This document shows positions 63,767 through 64,000 of a stretch of 64,000 nt of DNA, piece by piece (positions within the stretch are counted from its first letter, which is position 1; every line of letters starts with the position of its first letter). Under the pieces are notes generated by a model. It worked only from the letters and a program-made list of their open reading frames with translations, did no database searches and was not told where the DNA came from. The stretch covers positions 43,340,001-43,404,000 of the forward strand of contig NW_024704743.1 of assembly GCF_018977255.1 (NCBI RefSeq), read 5' to 3'. Source of the DNA: Callorhinchus milii. Its lineage: Eukaryota. A program made the translations under genes and the position numbers.

Positions 63767-63814
63767 TGTAAAAGTATTTTGTTACTTTGTAAAGTATTTT
63801 GTTATTTTGTAAAG
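63767..63814. repeat. Short tandem repeat, period ~20
   Basis: tgtaaaagtattttgttactt tgtaaagtattttgttattt tgtaaag. Confidence 0.85.
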
Positions 63815-64000
63815 CACATATTGTGCAAGTAAATTGTGAGAATCCTAACTTTGGGCAAATTAGAGGCAATGCTTTATGTTATCTATCTGTTACTTTCTGT
63901 AATATACACCTTCCATTCACCAAACTTTGTCCAGATGTCCATTGAAATCGGAGCAGAATTGAAAAGAAAAGCAGTGTTTTCTTTTGATACAGAAGGTTTC

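Noticed and set aside
1..64000. CRISPR array, prokaryotic operon or rRNA
   Set aside because: Repeats are dispersed eukaryotic retroelements. No regularly spaced repeat-spacer structure, dense coding or rRNA motifs.

Overview
Repeat-rich, AT-rich vertebrate non-coding DNA (intergenic region or very large intron). The repeat repertoire (CR1 and L2 LINEs, Deu-domain SacSINE1-like SINEs, LF-SINE-like relics, a Penelope-like terminus) points to a cartilaginous fish. This taxon call is an inference from remembered repeat families, not a database result. I could not support any intact protein-coding gene. Nearly all listed ORFs are LINE fragments, antisense LINE frames, SINE-derived frames or chance ORFs. 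Recognisable coding remnants: many decayed CR1/L2 ORF2 pieces, a Helitron PIF1-like helicase C-terminus (3506-3897, minus) and a Wee1-family kinase N-lobe fragment next to a headless SINE (32327-32494, minus). Most interesting signals: (1) a minimal type I hammerhead-ribozyme motif in a Penelope-like terminus (56356-56392, minus); (2) a young tRNA-headed SINE family whose stepwise evolution can be read within the window, and whose 3' stem-loop covaries with, and appears updated to match, the local L2 tail; (3) a 21-nt insertion in an L2 copied from 570 bp away on the opposite strand; (4) a CpG-rich ~870 bp solo-LTR-like element with a 5-bp TSD; (5) a ~200 bp palindromic MITE-like family present twice; (6) a clustered Pbx/Hox + TCF/LEF enhancer-like module. 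Repeat boundaries are read by eye (about +/-10-30 bp) unless stated as exact.
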